In this document: piece by piece, positions 63,015 through 64,000 of the stretch
How the letters are laid out: the number at the start of each line of letters is the position of its first letter
Position numbering within the stretch: position 1 is the first letter of the stretch
Assembly (NCBI GenBank): GCA_963717145.1
Contig: OY970325.1
Span: forward strand, 3,488,001-3,552,000
Direction of reading: 5' to 3'
Origin: an uncultured Armatimonadetes bacterium
GTDB taxonomy: Bacteria; Armatimonadota; UBA5829; DTJY01
Length of the DNA stretch: 64,000 bases
Notes under the pieces: model-generated
Databases searched by the model: none
Seen by the model: the letters and a program-made list of their open reading frames with translations, nothing else
What the model was told of the DNA's origin: nothing
Position numbers and translations under genes: made by a program

Positions 63015-64000
63015 TCAAGTCCGGGTGCTCTTCCCTCTGTGCGGCTTTCGGAGACCCGCCAGGATGTAGTCCTCGTGGCCTACCACCGGCACCAGTGATT
63101 TCTGAGCCCTATCCACTGCGTACGAGATGACAGTCCCAGATCCCACGGAAGGAGGTAAGCCAATGTACGCCAGGATAACTGGCGCAGCCACGTCACCGAG
63201 TAGCCCGATGAAGAATGAGAGGCACTGCCCGGTTCGTCGCTGATCGGCTTCCGCGTGGTCTATCATCTCCGCAAAGCGGCGACCGACCCATTCATCAAGC
63301 TTCTGGCTGAAGCCACTGTCATTCGGCAGTGACGCGCACTTCTGCACAAGGTTAAATCCGCTCAGAGCGTCTGGGCTGGTACCGTAGAGCAACGTTTGCA
63401 GAACCTCTTGGTCCCTCGGAGTGATCCGTTCTATTGCCAAGGTAGCGAACTCCTCCGCGCTAATATCGAATAGGCTTCCGGCAAGCGGCATCTCCAGCGG
63501 GCCTGAGCGCTGGCTCTCCTTCCGCTTGATGATTCTGCACAGCCCTCTGAGAATCTCGATCTCAAGCGAGTCGACAGCCCCTTGGCAGGCCGCATGACCA
63601 TAGGAATGGGCCTTGAAGCTGCCAGGACGGAGTTCACTGATCTGTCCACCGAACTGCCGGGCGGTACATGCTGCTGAGACGAGCGTCAGCTCTTCCTGAC
63701 ACTCGTGGATGAACTCGGACCGATACTCACCGATTTCTGGTGCCCACTTCTCTTCTATCAATTCCCACAGGTCGCCCCGTGATTGGACTCGTATGCCGCT
63801 CGCCAAGAATTCCGCCATACACGTGTTCCGAAAACTGTCCGGTCCGAAGAACGTCACGCCAACCCCAGTGAGGCACTTACGGAACTCATCGTTGAGATAA
63901 CTATTATAATCTCGTATCGGGTATTGCTTCGAAGCCCGCATCCACCCAGCATCCTCGAGAAGCTCTGCCCGTTCCTCGCATCGCCCGCGAATCTCGTCTT
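63015..64000 (-). CDS. Hypothetical protein, 5'-truncated by the window edge
   Basis: The frame stays open from 63941 to the window end; GC appears lower than in neighbours. Confidence 0.6.
   Translation of the reverse strand, partial: DEIRGRCEERAELLEDAGWMRASKQYPIRDYNSYLNDEFRKCLTGVGVTFFGPDSFRNTCMAEFLASGIRVQSRGDLWELIEEKWAPEIGEYRSEFIHECQEELTLVSAACTARQFGGQISELRPGSFKAHSYGHAACQGAVDSLEIEILRGLCRIIKRKESQRSGPLEMPLAGSLFDISAEEFATLAIERITPRDQEVLQTLLYGTSPDALSGFNLVQKCASLPNDSGFSQKLDEWVGRRFAEMIDHAEADQRRTGQCLSFFIGLLGDVAAPVILAYIGLPPSVGSGTVISYAVDRAQKSLVPVVGHEDYILAGLRKPHRGKSTRT

Overview
A GC-rich 64 kb bacterial window. An Armatimonadota-like origin is inferred from the PEP-CTERM protein, the secreted-protein tail domains and the CAZyme load; this is not proven. 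It holds about 45 genes: a restriction-modification-like pair at the left edge, aroF, a B12 radical SAM, two Ycf48/BNR beta-propeller paralogues, yebC, an ECF sigma/anti-sigma/STN-domain operon, a PAS kinase with a REC-PP2C partner, glycoside hydrolases, a sulfatase, pilT, a toxin-antitoxin pair and an alanine-glyoxylate aminotransferase plus glcDEF cluster. Mobile DNA comprises two apparently identical single-ORF IS66 copies, each with its own 8-bp target duplication, and an IS1182 that splits a PEP-CTERM gene. At least 8 families of short palindromic or tandem repeats are dense throughout. Three signals stand out. (1) An exact 28-bp-period array of six co-varying palindromes lies between satD (cyclase/palm-like domain plus HTH) and a DUF3307 membrane gene. 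(2) An in-frame TGA in a U-G-P-Q-G-C context, followed by a SECIS-like hairpin, joins two ORFs into a candidate secreted selenoprotein. (3) Palindromic repeats are inserted in-frame within at least three proteins. Several genes carry frameshifts, probably assembly indels, so single-base claims need read-level checks. No rRNA, tRNA or CRISPR array was recognised.
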